Below, piece after piece: positions 1-10,222 of a stretch of DNA of 64,000 nt. Made by a program: the position numbers and the translations under genes. Positions within the stretch are counted from its first letter, which is position 1, and every line of letters starts with the position of its first letter. Source of the stretch: Spirochaetota bacterium (GTDB lineage: Bacteria; Spirochaetota; UBA4802; JAFGDQ01). Where the stretch lies: the NCBI GenBank assembly GCA_016934735.1, contig JAFGSG010000052.1, positions 4,424-68,423 on the forward strand, in the 5' to 3' direction. The notes under the pieces are model-generated. The model did no database searches and had not been told where the DNA came from. It was given only the letters and a program-made list of their open reading frames with translations.

Positions 1-232
1 TTGAAAAATATGCCTTTGCTCCCGGATACGGGTAATCTTCAATTAGCTCTCCTCCCATAAAAACCCGGCCTCCGTCAGTCGGCTTTATGAATAGCCGATT
101 GTCACATATAAGCCCTATCACTTTCCCTTCACAGTAAACCGCATACTCGCCGAACATTTTTCTGTAAGTTATCGTACCTGCGCCCTGCATCTGATCTGCA
201 ATAAATTCAACAAAGTCCTGTGCTGATGCCAT
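1..232 (-). CDS. TfoX N-terminal domain (TfoX/Sxy family) protein, runs off the window edge
   Basis: Not in the ORF track. Manual translation from the ATG at 232: MASAQDFVEFIADQMQGAGTITYRKMFGEYAVYCEGKVIGLICDNRLFIKPT...PYPGAK; the RKMFGEY and PYPGAK motifs are typical of TfoX_N. Confidence 0.85.
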   Translation of the reverse strand, partial: MASAQDFVEFIADQMQGAGTITYRKMFGEYAVYCEGKVIGLICDNRLFIKPTDGGRVFMGGELIEDYPYPGAKAYFS

Positions 233-289
233 ATAATTTCCTCTATCTAACTTGCTTGTCCACCTCGTCCAGCATCTCTGATGAACTTT

Positions 290-345
290 CCCCTCTCCTT
301 CTGGGAGTGGGGAAGAGCCTGGCTCCGCCAGGCGAAGGGGCGAGG
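290..345. repeat. GC-rich REP-like palindromic element
   Basis: Reverse complement reads CCTCGCCCC-[GCCTGGC GGA GCCAGGC hairpin]-CCCCACTCCCAGAAGGAGAGGGG; same architecture as 15887-15941. Confidence 0.5.
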
Positions 346-352
346 TCATACT

Positions 353-748
353 TTATTTCTTCTCCCTGATAGCTTCCAATCTCTTGCTCCCCAGGTAAGG
401 TTCGATAAAATTCTTATAATCATCCTCCGGAATATTTTCAATATTGATCCCATTGCTTTCAACAAAGTTGATTCTGGTTTTCAACGCTTCGCACCCGTAC
501 GATTCACAGTACGCGCAATTCTCCAGCTTCCGGTCAATCGCGCACGGTCGCACCGGACAGTCAGTATCAAGATGTCTGCCTTCATTTTTACATCCGGCGC
601 AGCTTAAAATTTCAGGCGCAACTCTGAATCCGAAATACTGAAACCATTTATCGCTGATTAATTGCCTGTCAGTATTCTGATCCTGATTCTTCTCATATGC
701 CGGACATATATCGCATTTAAATCCGCAATAACCCAGTAATTCTTCCAT
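353..748 (-). CDS. DUF3795 family Cys-rich protein
   Basis: YCGFKCDICPAY, CAGC, CPVRPCA and CAYC motifs; start moved to MEELLG, which has an AAGGAG RBS. Confidence 0.8.
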   Translation of the reverse strand: MEELLGYCGFKCDICPAYEKNQDQNTDRQLISDKWFQYFGFRVAPEILSCAGCKNEGRHLDTDCPVRPCAIDRKLENCAYCESYGCEALKTRINFVESNGINIENIPEDDYKNFIEPYLGSKRLEAIREKK

Positions 749-783
749 AGCATTCTCCTTGATGTAATTTAACAGTATGCACC

Positions 784-1494
784 TTACAAAATACAATATT
801 TCTTTATTATACGCAAACTTCTTTCAGCTTCCCGGATATTTGGCAGTAAACAATTTTCATTTATTATTTTATTTAAGATCGAAATAACTCTTTTGTCATT
901 AAATGCTGAAAAAGCCCTGATAATTTTCCAGATCATGACATTATCATTTTTATTATTTTCATATAATTCAAACAACAACGGCAAAGCATCAGTGTTTTTT
1001 TCATAAAAAGAAATATGCCCTATGACATCAATAGCTTCAAGCATCTGATATCTTGATAATCTTTTCCATTTCTTCAGCAGCATATGAATTACATCAAGGC
1101 CGCAGTAAATTAAAGTCCTTGCTGCTATATCTCTGGGGCATGGATAATTATTTTTTTCAAATGGTTTTGATGGCAATTTTCGATGCTGATTTTTTCCAAT
1201 AATACCCAGACACGGAATTAATTTCTCAATAGATACTTCTTTTAAGCTAATTAAAGCTTTCTGTATGGCAATCTTGCAGTAGAGTTTTTTTTCAATCTTT
1301 AGCGCATTGATCAGATGCGGGACCAATTCCCTGATTTTCATTTTTCCGGCAATCATAGCTGCTTTTGTACGCTCAGCCGGAATTTTTGACTTTAATTGTT
1401 TACATAAGACATTCCTGTTTATATCAAAGTTTTCACTAACTTCGGATTCCTTTATAAAACCTCTTGATAACAATACTTCGGATGAACTTTTCAT
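784..1494 (-). CDS. HEAT-repeat domain protein
   Basis: 236-aa ORF with helical repeats (ERTKAAMIAG, LINALKIEKKLYCKIAIQKAL). Confidence 0.65.
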   Translation of the reverse strand: MKSSSEVLLSRGFIKESEVSENFDINRNVLCKQLKSKIPAERTKAAMIAGKMKIRELVPHLINALKIEKKLYCKIAIQKALISLKEVSIEKLIPCLGIIGKNQHRKLPSKPFEKNNYPCPRDIAARTLIYCGLDVIHMLLKKWKRLSRYQMLEAIDVIGHISFYEKNTDALPLLFELYENNKNDNVMIWKIIRAFSAFNDKRVISILNKIINENCLLPNIREAERSLRIIKKYCIL

Positions 1495-1630
1495 TTGAAT
1501 ATCGAGTTAGTATTTCTGATAAATTGCAGCAAGCCATCGGTATTAATGCCGCCTTCATTAAAATAGTTTTTCAAATCAGCCATATGAGAAACCCGAGAAA
1601 AACGATTCTTAATAAATTTATAATTTTCAT
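1491..1630 (-). pseudogene. possible remnant of a small membrane protein gene
   Basis: GGAGGA then ATG at 1630 gives MKIINLLRIVFLGFLIWLI* and stops; a different frame continues to 1491. Confidence 0.3.
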
Positions 1631-1691
1631 TCCTCCAGAAAATAATTATATCACATTGTTCTACCGGTCCTTTGTTCATTATAATTCAATT

Positions 1692-2039
1692 TTAACGCGG
1701 CAATGAATGCTTCTTCAAAAGCGTCATGATTTCCGCATGTCCGTTAAGTCCCTTATCGCGAATCTGCTGAATGCAGGCTTTACGATTGGAACGAAATATC
1801 AATGCAAACACTTTTGATATTGCATTGTTGAATTTTCTGCAGTCTTTTACGTCGCTAAAAGCAGCGCAGTCCGCGCATGACTTATAGTTTTTATCCAGGC
1901 AGCACGTACGTATTTTGCACCATGTTGCTTTCACGTTGTCTTTACAGCCCGGGCATCTTTCCCGCAGATAAGCCCAGCATGAACCGCAATAAAGTCCGCA
2001 AAAAGCCACAAGATTTGCATTATTTGCGATCTGTCTCAT
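1692..2039 (-). CDS. DUF3795 family Cys-rich protein
   Basis: AFCGLYCGSC, CPGC, WCKIRTCC and CADC motifs. Confidence 0.85.
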   Translation of the reverse strand: MRQIANNANLVAFCGLYCGSCWAYLRERCPGCKDNVKATWCKIRTCCLDKNYKSCADCAAFSDVKDCRKFNNAISKVFALIFRSNRKACIQQIRDKGLNGHAEIMTLLKKHSLPR

Positions 2040-2104
2040 AAACCTCTCTCCTTTTATAATATTTTATTTTACTATTGTAAAATTATTTTCATCTGAATGT
2101 TTAA

Positions 2105-2344
2105 TTATGAATTATCAGCCCATGCAGGCATTGCTTTCATGTAATATTCCGCTCTTTTTATAAAATCAGCGGAACTGCTCCCATCCGAGATTTCTCTGAG
2201 CCAGTCGGCAATGCTTTTCTGTACAATCTCCCGCGGATACAGCCTGCCGCTCTCATCCGAACAGTAAAGGCAGAACTCCCCGCGATAATCTTCCCAATTC
2301 TCCCCTTTTAAGGGCATCCCGCATGAACTGCAGAATCCGTTCAT
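2105..2344 (-). CDS. putative zinc-ribbon domain protein
   Basis: FCSSCGMPL...FCLYC...MPAW; AAGGAG RBS before the ATG at 2344. Confidence 0.8.
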   Translation of the reverse strand: MNGFCSSCGMPLKGENWEDYRGEFCLYCSDESGRLYPREIVQKSIADWLREISDGSSSADFIKRAEYYMKAMPAWADNS

Positions 2345-2451
2345 ACAAAGAACTCCTTTGAAAAATAAAAACATGATCCGGAAGACCAAATCCAGATAAA
2401 TTTCAAAAGTCTATTTGATCAGTTTTATACTTATAGAATACACAAACCATG

Positions 2452-2467
2452 TGACAACAGTATGTCA
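2452..2467. promoter_or_regulatory. candidate WYL/YafY regulator binding site TGACA-N6-TGTCA
   Basis: TGACAacagtaTGTCA inverted repeat upstream of the minus-strand cargo operon; a YafY gene lies nearby. Confidence 0.5.
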
Positions 2468-2710
2468 GGTTTGAATTAATTAAAAAATATTTGGAATTAA
2501 TACGAATTTTTCAAAAATACGTACTAATAACCGCCGAAATTTGACGGTCTTTCTTTCTCGGTTAATAAAAATAATATTTTAATTATCGCAAATAGCATAA
2601 GCCGTCAAGAAAACGCTAATATTGCCTCCTGATATTTTTTCGCTTGCATAAGAAATATTGTTTTCATATAAATTTCAAATTACATTGTAATTAATTCGGA
2701 TACATCAGAA

Positions 2711-2893
2711 ATGATACAAAAAATTGTAAATATCAAAGATCTTGATGATGCAAATTCCGCAAAAGATGATTTATTATACTGGCTAAATAAGTCACCGGAA
2801 GAACGCGTGTCTGCGGTAGAATATCTGAGAAGGCAATATCATGGAAGTACAGCAAGACTTCAGAGAGTTGTTAAAGTTATTCAACGATCATAA
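2711..2893 (+). CDS. small protein partnering a nucleotidyltransferase (toxin-antitoxin-like pair)
   Basis: DLLYWLNKSPEERVSAVEYLR motif; overlaps the start of the downstream nucleotidyltransferase gene. Confidence 0.6.
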   Translation: MIQKIVNIKDLDDANSAKDDLLYWLNKSPEERVSAVEYLRRQYHGSTARLQRVVKVIQRS

Positions 2894-3287
2894 AGTTTAA
2901 TACATAATTGTTGGCGGATATGCTTTAGCCCATCATGGAGCGCCCCGCTATACAGGAGACATTGATTTGTATGTGAAACCGGAAGGAAATAATGCAAAAA
3001 ATATTTTAAACGCATTGCATGATTTTGGATTCGGATCAATCGGATTAAGTCAGACTGACTTCAGTACTCCTGGAAAAGTCGTGCAACTTGGAGTTCCTCC
3101 GGTTAGAATTGATATAGTTACTTCACTCACGGGCGTGACATGGGAGGCAGCATTTAACGGCCGGTCAAGCGGGAAATATGGCGACCTTGAAGCTTATTAT
3201 TTAGGCCGGGAGCAACTCGTTATGAATAAAAAAGCTATAGGCAGAAAAAAAGATCAGGCGGATTTGGAAGTACTTGGAGAAGAATGA
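2841..3287 (+). pseudogene. nucleotidyltransferase family protein with an in-frame TAA at codon 20
   Basis: MEVQQDFRELLKLFNDHKV*YIIVGGYALAHHGAPRYTGDIDLYV...KKAIGRKKDQADL; TAA at 2898-2900; GG(Y)A and DxD motifs are intact. Confidence 0.8.
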
Positions 3288-3375
3288 TGTAAGTGAAATT
3301 AATTTTAGTTTCCTGTTTTATTTGTGATTTGATAAACAATCCTGCTTTAAATACCGTCATTTAAAAAATCATTAA

Positions 3376-4314
3376 TTATTCAGTCTTTTTGTACTTTTCC
3401 AAAACCATTTTTATTTTATCCCGGATTATTTTTTTGATATGAGGCGGTTCCAGAACTTCGACACTTTCGCCGTAACTGAGAATAAAAGAATATACCCATT
3501 CGTCTTCTGGATATGATACTCTTACGATCATATCCCCATTCTCCAGAATCTCTATCTGCTCTTCTTCAAAATAATCTTCAACTTTTACTCTGGCCGCAGG
3601 AGAAAATTTTAATACAATAGGAGTTTCCGGCTGAGTTTCATCCTTCTGATTGATATATTTCTCATGGGATTGATCTTTCCTGGTAAAATTTTGTTCAAGT
3701 ACCTGGATATTTTTAATCCTTGAAAGCCTGAATATACGAAAATTATTTCTTTCACGGCAGAAAGCGAAAAGATACCATATATAACCCCTCATGATTAAAG
3801 TCATAGGCTCTATGATGCGTTCCAGTTTTTCCCCTTTTATATTAGTGTATATAATCCGTAACAGTTTATTATCTGCAATTGAGCGCTGAATCACCTTAAG
3901 GTTATTTTTATATTTTTCGCTGTGTCCGTAAGGCGCAATGTCAATGACCATCTGCCTGAAGAACAGCTCCATCTCTTCAGCTTTTTCTTTTGGTACAAGA
4001 TTGCTGATTTTTTCAATTGCATTTTCCACTTCACTGTTTTTCAGTCCGGTATTAATGCCCTTTAAAGCGCTAAGAATAGTAAGCATGTCATTCAGTGTAA
4101 GTAGCTGGCGGTCGATCTTGTAATTTTCCATTATGCCGAATCCGCCGTCATTGCCCGGATACGAGACAACCGGAATTCCCGCAAGATTAATCGCATCGAT
4201 GTCCCTGTAAATTGTTCTGACAGAAACCTCGAATTTTTCCGCAAGCTCCCGTGCACTTATCCTGTCCCTGTTTAAAAGCATAACTGTTATTGCAAGCATT
4301 CTGTCGATGCGCAT
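3376..4314 (-). CDS. YafY family wHTH-WYL-WCX transcriptional regulator
   Basis: ELAEKFEVSVRTIYRDI HTH; IWYLFAFC...FRIFRLSRI WYL domain; VEVLEP WCX region. Confidence 0.95.
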   Translation of the reverse strand: MRIDRMLAITVMLLNRDRISARELAEKFEVSVRTIYRDIDAINLAGIPVVSYPGNDGGFGIMENYKIDRQLLTLNDMLTILSALKGINTGLKNSEVENAIEKISNLVPKEKAEEMELFFRQMVIDIAPYGHSEKYKNNLKVIQRSIADNKLLRIIYTNIKGEKLERIIEPMTLIMRGYIWYLFAFCRERNNFRIFRLSRIKNIQVLEQNFTRKDQSHEKYINQKDETQPETPIVLKFSPAARVKVEDYFEEEQIEILENGDMIVRVSYPEDEWVYSFILSYGESVEVLEPPHIKKIIRDKIKMVLEKYKKTE

Positions 4315-4609
4315 AAGCTGTTTTAATCATCCTGTTCTAAAAATTAAATATTTCTATGAGAAACAATATTACATGCTAAATGCATATAATTTATAAACTT
4401 ATGTCAATGACCTGTAAATAATAATATTGAAATTACAGTAATTATTATACTGTTTTTATACTTTTATTCTAATGGGTATAATGATGCCGATAATACTGCT
4501 TAACTGCAGGCAGCACTTCACGACAATTTTTTTGTGTTCAGGCTGAAGCACTTGCTGATTAAAAATTTTTATTAGTTCTTTATCGGATTACCTGAAGGTC
4601 ACGGCTGAC

Positions 4610-6250
4610 TTAGTCTTTTATGCCCGCCCTGGAATCGATGGAAGCTCTGATGAAATCTTTGAACAGAGGATGAGGTTTTACGGGTTTTGACTTGAACTCC
4701 GGATGGAACTGCGTGGCAATGTACCATGGGTGGTCGCTCAGCTCAATGGTTTCTACCAGATTGCTCTGCGGATTTACCCCGCCGAAAACCATGCCATGTT
4801 TCTCATAGAGCTCTTTATACTTGAGAGTGAACTCCAGACGATGCCTGTGCCGCTCCATATAAGAATCCATACCATATATTTTTTTGATTTTACTGCCTTC
4901 CTTGAAAACGCACTCGTAAGCGCCAAGCCTCATTGTGCCGCCCTTGTCGGTAATGATCTCCTGATCAGCCAGATATGAAATTACCGGATGCGGGGTATTC
5001 TGATCGATCTCGCGCGTATGCGCGTCTTTAAGGCCGCAAACGTTCCTGCCGAATTCGATTACAGCGCAGTGAAGCCCCAGGCATATCCCGAAATACGGTG
5101 TGTTGTTTTTTCTTGCATACCCGGCAGCTGCAATCTTTCCCTCAATGCCGCGGTCTCCGAAACCTCCGGGTACAAGCAGGCCGTCTATTCCTTCAAAGAA
5201 GGAAGATATATCGCCATCGCACTTTTTTTCTATTAGTTCAGAGTCGACCCGTATTATATTAAGTTCGGCATTATTCCCGGCAGCTCCATGAAGAAGAGCT
5301 TCATAAAGCGAACGGTAGGCATCCTGAAGAGATATGTACTTGCCTACAACAGCAATATTCACTTTTTTTGAAGGCTCTTTAAGAGATTTTGTAAAACTTC
5401 CCCATTCCGGGATATGCGCGCGCGAGCTGTCCAGGCCGAAATGGTCCAAAACAACAGTATCGTATTCGTTATTGTGAAGCATGTCCGGGATTTCATAAAT
5501 AGAGCTTTTAATATCAACTGCGGAGATTACGTTCCTGTTGGATACGTTGCAGAAAAGCGATATCTTGTTTCTCATGTCTTCGGAAAGTTCAGACGCTGTT
5601 CTGCATAAAAGAATGTCAGGGATTACCCCAATCTGCATGAGTTCCTTAACTGAATGCTGAGTAGGTTTGGTCTTCTGCTCTCCTGCAACGGTTATCGTCG
5701 GAACCAGGGTAAGATGTACATTCATTACTCTTTTTGCACCAAGTTCCTGGCGCACCTGCCTCATTGCTTCAAGGAAAGGAAAGGATTCAATGTCGCCCAC
5801 AGTGCCCCCTATCTCTATTAAAACAAAATCAAGGCTAGTATCAGCTTTGACAACATCATAAATCCTTTTTTTTATTTCATCTGTTATATGGGGTATTACC
5901 TGGACGGTTCTGCCAAGGTATTCCCCTTTTCTTTCTCTCTGAATAACTGTGTTGTAAATCTGTCCTGTGGAAACCGAATTCTTTCTTGTAAGTTTCGCAT
6001 TTGTGAATCTTTCGTAATAGCCAAGATCAAGGTCGGTCTCCGCGCCGTCTTCGGTGACATATACCTCTCCGTGCTGGAACGGGCTCATTGTGCCCGGATC
6101 AATATTTATGTATGGATCCATTTTTATTATGGATATCTTATAACCATGCCCTTCAAGCAACAATCCCAGCGAAGCCGTTGATATCCCCTTGCCTAAAGAC
6201 GAACATACGCCGCCTGTAATAAAAATAAATCTTGTTTTAATGCTGTTCAT
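4610..6250 (-). CDS. pyrG: CTP synthase
   Basis: [31 protein letters not shown] and QFHPEF motifs. Confidence 0.98.
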   Translation of the reverse strand: MNSIKTRFIFITGGVCSSLGKGISTASLGLLLEGHGYKISIIKMDPYINIDPGTMSPFQHGEVYVTEDGAETDLDLGYYERFTNAKLTRKNSVSTGQIYNTVIQRERKGEYLGRTVQVIPHITDEIKKRIYDVVKADTSLDFVLIEIGGTVGDIESFPFLEAMRQVRQELGAKRVMNVHLTLVPTITVAGEQKTKPTQHSVKELMQIGVIPDILLCRTASELSEDMRNKISLFCNVSNRNVISAVDIKSSIYEIPDMLHNNEYDTVVLDHFGLDSSRAHIPEWGSFTKSLKEPSKKVNIAVVGKYISLQDAYRSLYEALLHGAAGNNAELNIIRVDSELIEKKCDGDISSFFEGIDGLLVPGGFGDRGIEGKIAAAGYARKNNTPYFGICLGLHCAVIEFGRNVCGLKDAHTREIDQNTPHPVISYLADQEIITDKGGTMRLGAYECVFKEGSKIKKIYGMDSYMERHRHRLEFTLKYKELYEKHGMVFGGVNPQSNLVETIELSDHPWYIATQFHPEFKSKPVKPHPLFKDFIRASIDSRAGIKD

Positions 6251-6528
6251 AAATGCCTGCTGTTTAAAATTTGCAGTTCAATTTTCATGACTGTATAACT
6301 TACCTCTAAAAACTTACTGATTTTCAATCCTTAAAGTCAATATAGATTTGTTACGATATATTAAATAAATGTAAAATAATCATATTAAACAAAGCTTGAC
6401 ATTCATATTGTCAAAAGTGATTATATAGTATAATCTATAAAGGTGGGCATTAAAGCAGTTAACTTAAAAATAATACAGGCAGATAATATATTTATTTTAA
6501 CAGGTTCTTATTATTTAAGGAAAAGACA

Positions 6529-6897
6529 ATGAACGAAAAAAGAGAATTCCCCCGCTATTCATGTAAATTTCCGGTTAAGTTTAAGTTTTATGAAGGCAAT
6601 CCGGATGAAATTGAAATTGCATCATCCAGTCCTGTAAAAGGGAAAGGAACAATAATTGATATAAGCAAAGGAGGAACCTTTCTTGTATCAAATTCCAGAG
6701 TAAATATTAATATACCGATAATATTGACTTTCTCTTCAGGCGGCAAAAAGAATAATCTTAGCGGGATTATTGTCAGGACAGGATTGCTTAAAAATAATCC
6801 TTCAGAAGTTGCCCAAAGATACGCGGGCCAGAAAGTGAAAGGCGACGCTTATATAGCAGTCAAGTTTGATACTCCAATGGAAAATATCATACAATAA
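6529..6897 (+). CDS. PilZ domain protein
   Basis: EKREFPR (RxxxR) and DISKGG (DxSxxG) c-di-GMP-binding motifs. Confidence 0.85.
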   Translation: MNEKREFPRYSCKFPVKFKFYEGNPDEIEIASSSPVKGKGTIIDISKGGTFLVSNSRVNINIPIILTFSSGGKKNNLSGIIVRTGLLKNNPSEVAQRYAGQKVKGDAYIAVKFDTPMENIIQ

Positions 6898-6955
6898 ATA
6901 TCAAACTGATATTAAATCCGGCATCCAAATTACACTCTATACTAAATGATATTTT

Positions 6956-7822
6956 ATGAAAACAACATTTATTAAAATAAATGATATTTCCGAAATAAAT
7001 CCTTCAAAAGTATCTGTTCACGACCTGAATAACAGATATATCGATAAGGAAGGAAAGATGTTTGGTTTAAAATATAACAGAAAAACAAGAAAAGTAAGCA
7101 TTATAAGAATAATACGCACTCCGGCGAAGTCAGCTGAGTATTTTAACCAGTTGCTAAGAACACAGAAAAAAGAAGAAAGGCTCAATCATAGAAATAACTC
7201 AGAAAAGTCCGCAGTATATAAATCCGCAAATCTTAATGAAATTAATCCGGAGAATGAATATTCATTTGATTTTAACAGTTTCATCAGTGAGACAATAGAA
7301 CTTATGCAGACCCACAAGTCAAGAATTTCGGGTATAATGATGAACATTAAAAATTCCCGGATGATCCCTGAAGCCGATAAAATAAATTCAACTGAGTTAA
7401 ATGACCTGTTCAGAAATCTTGAAATTGACGGGATAATAAGGATCGATAAAGCTCTTACTGATTATAAAGAAATAAAAAATTATCCAAGATCGCTTACATA
7501 TTATCTTTCAAAACTTGACTCCAGGAACAGAAGAACAGTTGAGGAGTTGGATACTGATTCCAGAAAAATGACTTTTGTGCTTGCTGCAGAAATGTATTAT
7601 GCTATTAAAACCTTATACAGAACATTATTTAAAATAATAAATGACTTAAATAACTTTATTAACAGAATAAATCCCGGCGGGCCAAAGGATATTACAAGCG
7701 CTGAAAGACAATATTTTATCGATGCTAAAATATCAGTCGAAAATACCATTACTGAAATTTCCGTTCTTTTCGAAAAATTAAGATCATTTGAAGATTATAT
7801 CAATGATGCCGGAAATTTTTAA
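6956..7822 (+). CDS. hypothetical protein
   Basis: 288-aa ORF; no motif recognised. Confidence 0.7.
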   Translation: MKTTFIKINDISEINPSKVSVHDLNNRYIDKEGKMFGLKYNRKTRKVSIIRIIRTPAKSAEYFNQLLRTQKKEERLNHRNNSEKSAVYKSANLNEINPENEYSFDFNSFISETIELMQTHKSRISGIMMNIKNSRMIPEADKINSTELNDLFRNLEIDGIIRIDKALTDYKEIKNYPRSLTYYLSKLDSRNRRTVEELDTDSRKMTFVLAAEMYYAIKTLYRTLFKIINDLNNFINRINPGGPKDITSAERQYFIDAKISVENTITEISVLFEKLRSFEDYINDAGNF

Positions 7823-7874
7823 TTAAATGAACGGCGGCTTTCTATAAAAAAACTAATATTTAAAAAGTAAAAAA

Positions 7875-8705
7875 ATGAATCTTTTAAAAATTCCGATAAT
7901 ATTATTATTATTAATTTTTGCAGGTGTAGTAGTCGCGGGTTGCGGCGACCGAAACATTCGTTTGTCCGATGACGGTTATAATACCGGTGCATCTTTAAAA
8001 AATATAAAAGGATATAAAGACACACAAATAAATCTGGGAAGTTTTTATAATAATGCTGCAAAAGCAAAACGTTATGCCTATTTCAGCACCGATAAGTCAG
8101 TATCTTATTCTACGAACAGCCTGCTTCCGGATTATATGTGGTATTGTTTTAAAAAAGCTTTTACCGAAATCGGGATGCTGGTTAACGAGACCGATGAGGC
8201 TCCATCATTATCCCTTATAATAAACGACATAAACGATACAGGTCTAAAATGTGATATCAACCTGTATAAAGATGACGGTCTGGAGTATGTTAAGGAACTA
8301 ATCGTTACTATGCCGGCTGTTTCCGGCACCGCTGACAGCGATCCCACTTTGCTCGAAAAAAAAGCATATGATATGATGGATGCTGTTATTGCAGCATTAT
8401 TGAACGATAAAGAGTTTAAAACCAGTTTATCCAAAGCTCCAGCCGTAGCAGTCGATAAAAAGATTAAAGGTACACTTGTGGGCATAGTTAAAGCTGTTGA
8501 TACCGCAGCCAATGAAATAATTGTCGGTTCCGGAAGGATTGCAAATATGGTGAGTATCGGCGATACTATTTATGCAGAAACCGATGGCGGCAGAATCAAT
8601 ATGGAAGTCAGCTTTCCCATGCAGACAATTGCCAGGTGCAGGATCCTCGAGAAAGATAGAAAAAGCATCACAAAAATACAAAAGGGAGATATGGTATATA
8701 AATAA
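7875..8705 (+). CDS. putative lipoprotein
   Basis: Hydrophobic N-terminus ending in a lipobox-like VVAGC. Confidence 0.7.
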   Translation: MNLLKIPIILLLLIFAGVVVAGCGDRNIRLSDDGYNTGASLKNIKGYKDTQINLGSFYNNAAKAKRYAYFSTDKSVSYSTNSLLPDYMWYCFKKAFTEIGMLVNETDEAPSLSLIINDINDTGLKCDINLYKDDGLEYVKELIVTMPAVSGTADSDPTLLEKKAYDMMDAVIAALLNDKEFKTSLSKAPAVAVDKKIKGTLVGIVKAVDTAANEIIVGSGRIANMVSIGDTIYAETDGGRINMEVSFPMQTIARCRILEKDRKSITKIQKGDMVYK

Positions 8706-8731
8706 TTCCTTACCTGCCCTGCTATAAAAAA

Positions 8732-10222
8732 TTAAAAATCAGATTCACCGGCCTTTGCCATTTCTGCAGCAAATGTTTCCGGATATCTTTTTATAATATA
8801 ATTAACTATCTCTTTGGCCATTAATTCATCATCCATTTCCCTGTAACAATTGGCCATTCCATAATATGCTTCCGCTCTGATATTGGTATCCGGGTACTTG
8901 TTGACCAGAGCCTGGAATGTATCTAAAGCTTCGTTGTACTTTTTTAAATTAACCAGAAGTACATGCCCCATTCTATAGTAAGCGACATCCGCTTCCCTTG
9001 TATCTCCGTATTTTTGAATAAATTCTTTATAGCTTTCAACAGCAGCAGCGTAATTTTTTTTCCGCTCAAAGTTCTGGGCAGTGAAAATCAATTTCTTATC
9101 GACTGACGAAAGAGGAATATTCAAATAGTTTATTTTTTTCGGCTCGATGTCAATCTCCGATATAATGGTTTGATATCCGTCGAGCTGCACTCTGATATTA
9201 TGCTTTCCTTTATCCAGAGATATAAGTACCGGCGAGCTACCTGCCGGGTCATTATCAATTAGTACTGCAGCGCCCGAAGGGCGGGTTGTAAGATTTAATG
9301 TTCCTATTTTATTATTCAGCGAGTTTTCAATATTTTTTGCCATCTGTCTTGCAAGCGGCCTGAACGCCTTTGGAGAGGATATTTCGAGATGATCCATGAA
9401 CACGACTTTTTTATTTGAAGTATTGATTACCTGATAATTAATACAGATTATGTCATTATATGATCTTATATCGCCCCTCAGCATATAACCAACGTTATTC
9501 TTAAGAAATATCTCATACGAGCTGTTGTTCTCAATAATTCCCGCCATTTCGAGAGCTTTCTCCACGATCAGTGTTTTTGAATTAGTCCTCTCCCTTGCCC
9601 ATAATCCTCTCAATGCTCCTATCTCGCTGTTGAGCATTTCAGCAAAGAACTCCCCGTAGCCGGATTTAATGGAGGATTCTGTTTCGTCCCGGAATTTATA
9701 AACCTCCAGGGTCGATGCATCCTTTGCTTCCATTTCTTTCTGTTCAAGATTTTCCATTGTGAAAGTGTAATAAATATCCTTTCCTATATACCCGGCAGCC
9801 GACTCTGAATCAAATGAATTTATTCCTGATGAATGTACGATCTTCCATGTGTCTATATTGACTGCCCTGGCATCCACTTCGCAGTTTGTCCCTGCTTTGT
9901 AAACAGAGCCTACAATAAGATAATTTACTTTAAGCAATCCGGACATGTCTTTTAATGCATCTGCATTTTTAAGCCCCAGCTGTATTTTTTCCAGATTATC
10001 GATATATGACTGTATTTCACCTTTCCTTCGTATTGTAAATCTGCCAAGATCAATCAGGCTCTTTTCGATGATGTCGGACGACGAAATACCCAGATTGCCC
10101 AAGTCAGCCTCCTCGGAAAGAGTATTAAAGCTGGTTACGGCCATCCTGTCCTTCTTATCCTCCTGCGGCATAACAGAAACGGATACAGCCAAAAGAATAG
10201 TACACAATAATGTTTTTTTCAC
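8732..10222 (-). CDS. secreted CsgG/FlgO-like + PEGA + TPR domain protein
   Basis: Probable GTG start at 10222 overlapping the upstream stop; signal peptide; TRPSGAAVLID...GKHNIRVQLDGY (PEGA); C-terminal TPRs (AYYRMG, AEAYYGMA). Confidence 0.7.
   Translation of the reverse strand: MKKTLLCTILLAVSVSVMPQEDKKDRMAVTSFNTLSEEADLGNLGISSSDIIEKSLIDLGRFTIRRKGEIQSYIDNLEKIQLGLKNADALKDMSGLLKVNYLIVGSVYKAGTNCEVDARAVNIDTWKIVHSSGINSFDSESAAGYIGKDIYYTFTMENLEQKEMEAKDASTLEVYKFRDETESSIKSGYGEFFAEMLNSEIGALRGLWARERTNSKTLIVEKALEMAGIIENNSSYEIFLKNNVGYMLRGDIRSYNDIICINYQVINTSNKKVVFMDHLEISSPKAFRPLARQMAKNIENSLNNKIGTLNLTTRPSGAAVLIDNDPAGSSPVLISLDKGKHNIRVQLDGYQTIISEIDIEPKKINYLNIPLSSVDKKLIFTAQNFERKKNYAAAVESYKEFIQKYGDTREADVAYYRMGHVLLVNLKKYNEALDTFQALVNKYPDTNIRAEAYYGMANCYREMDDELMAKEIVNYIIKRYPETFAAEMAKAGESDF

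Noticed and set aside
281-641. Plus-strand ORFs 281-607 and 444-641, and the many similar short ORFs overlapping larger genes
   Set aside because: Antisense or alternate-frame shadows of well-supported genes.
2898-2900. Recoded stop in the nucleotidyltransferase gene
   Set aside because: It is TAA at a non-Cys position with no following hairpin; a nonsense mutation or sequencing error is more likely.
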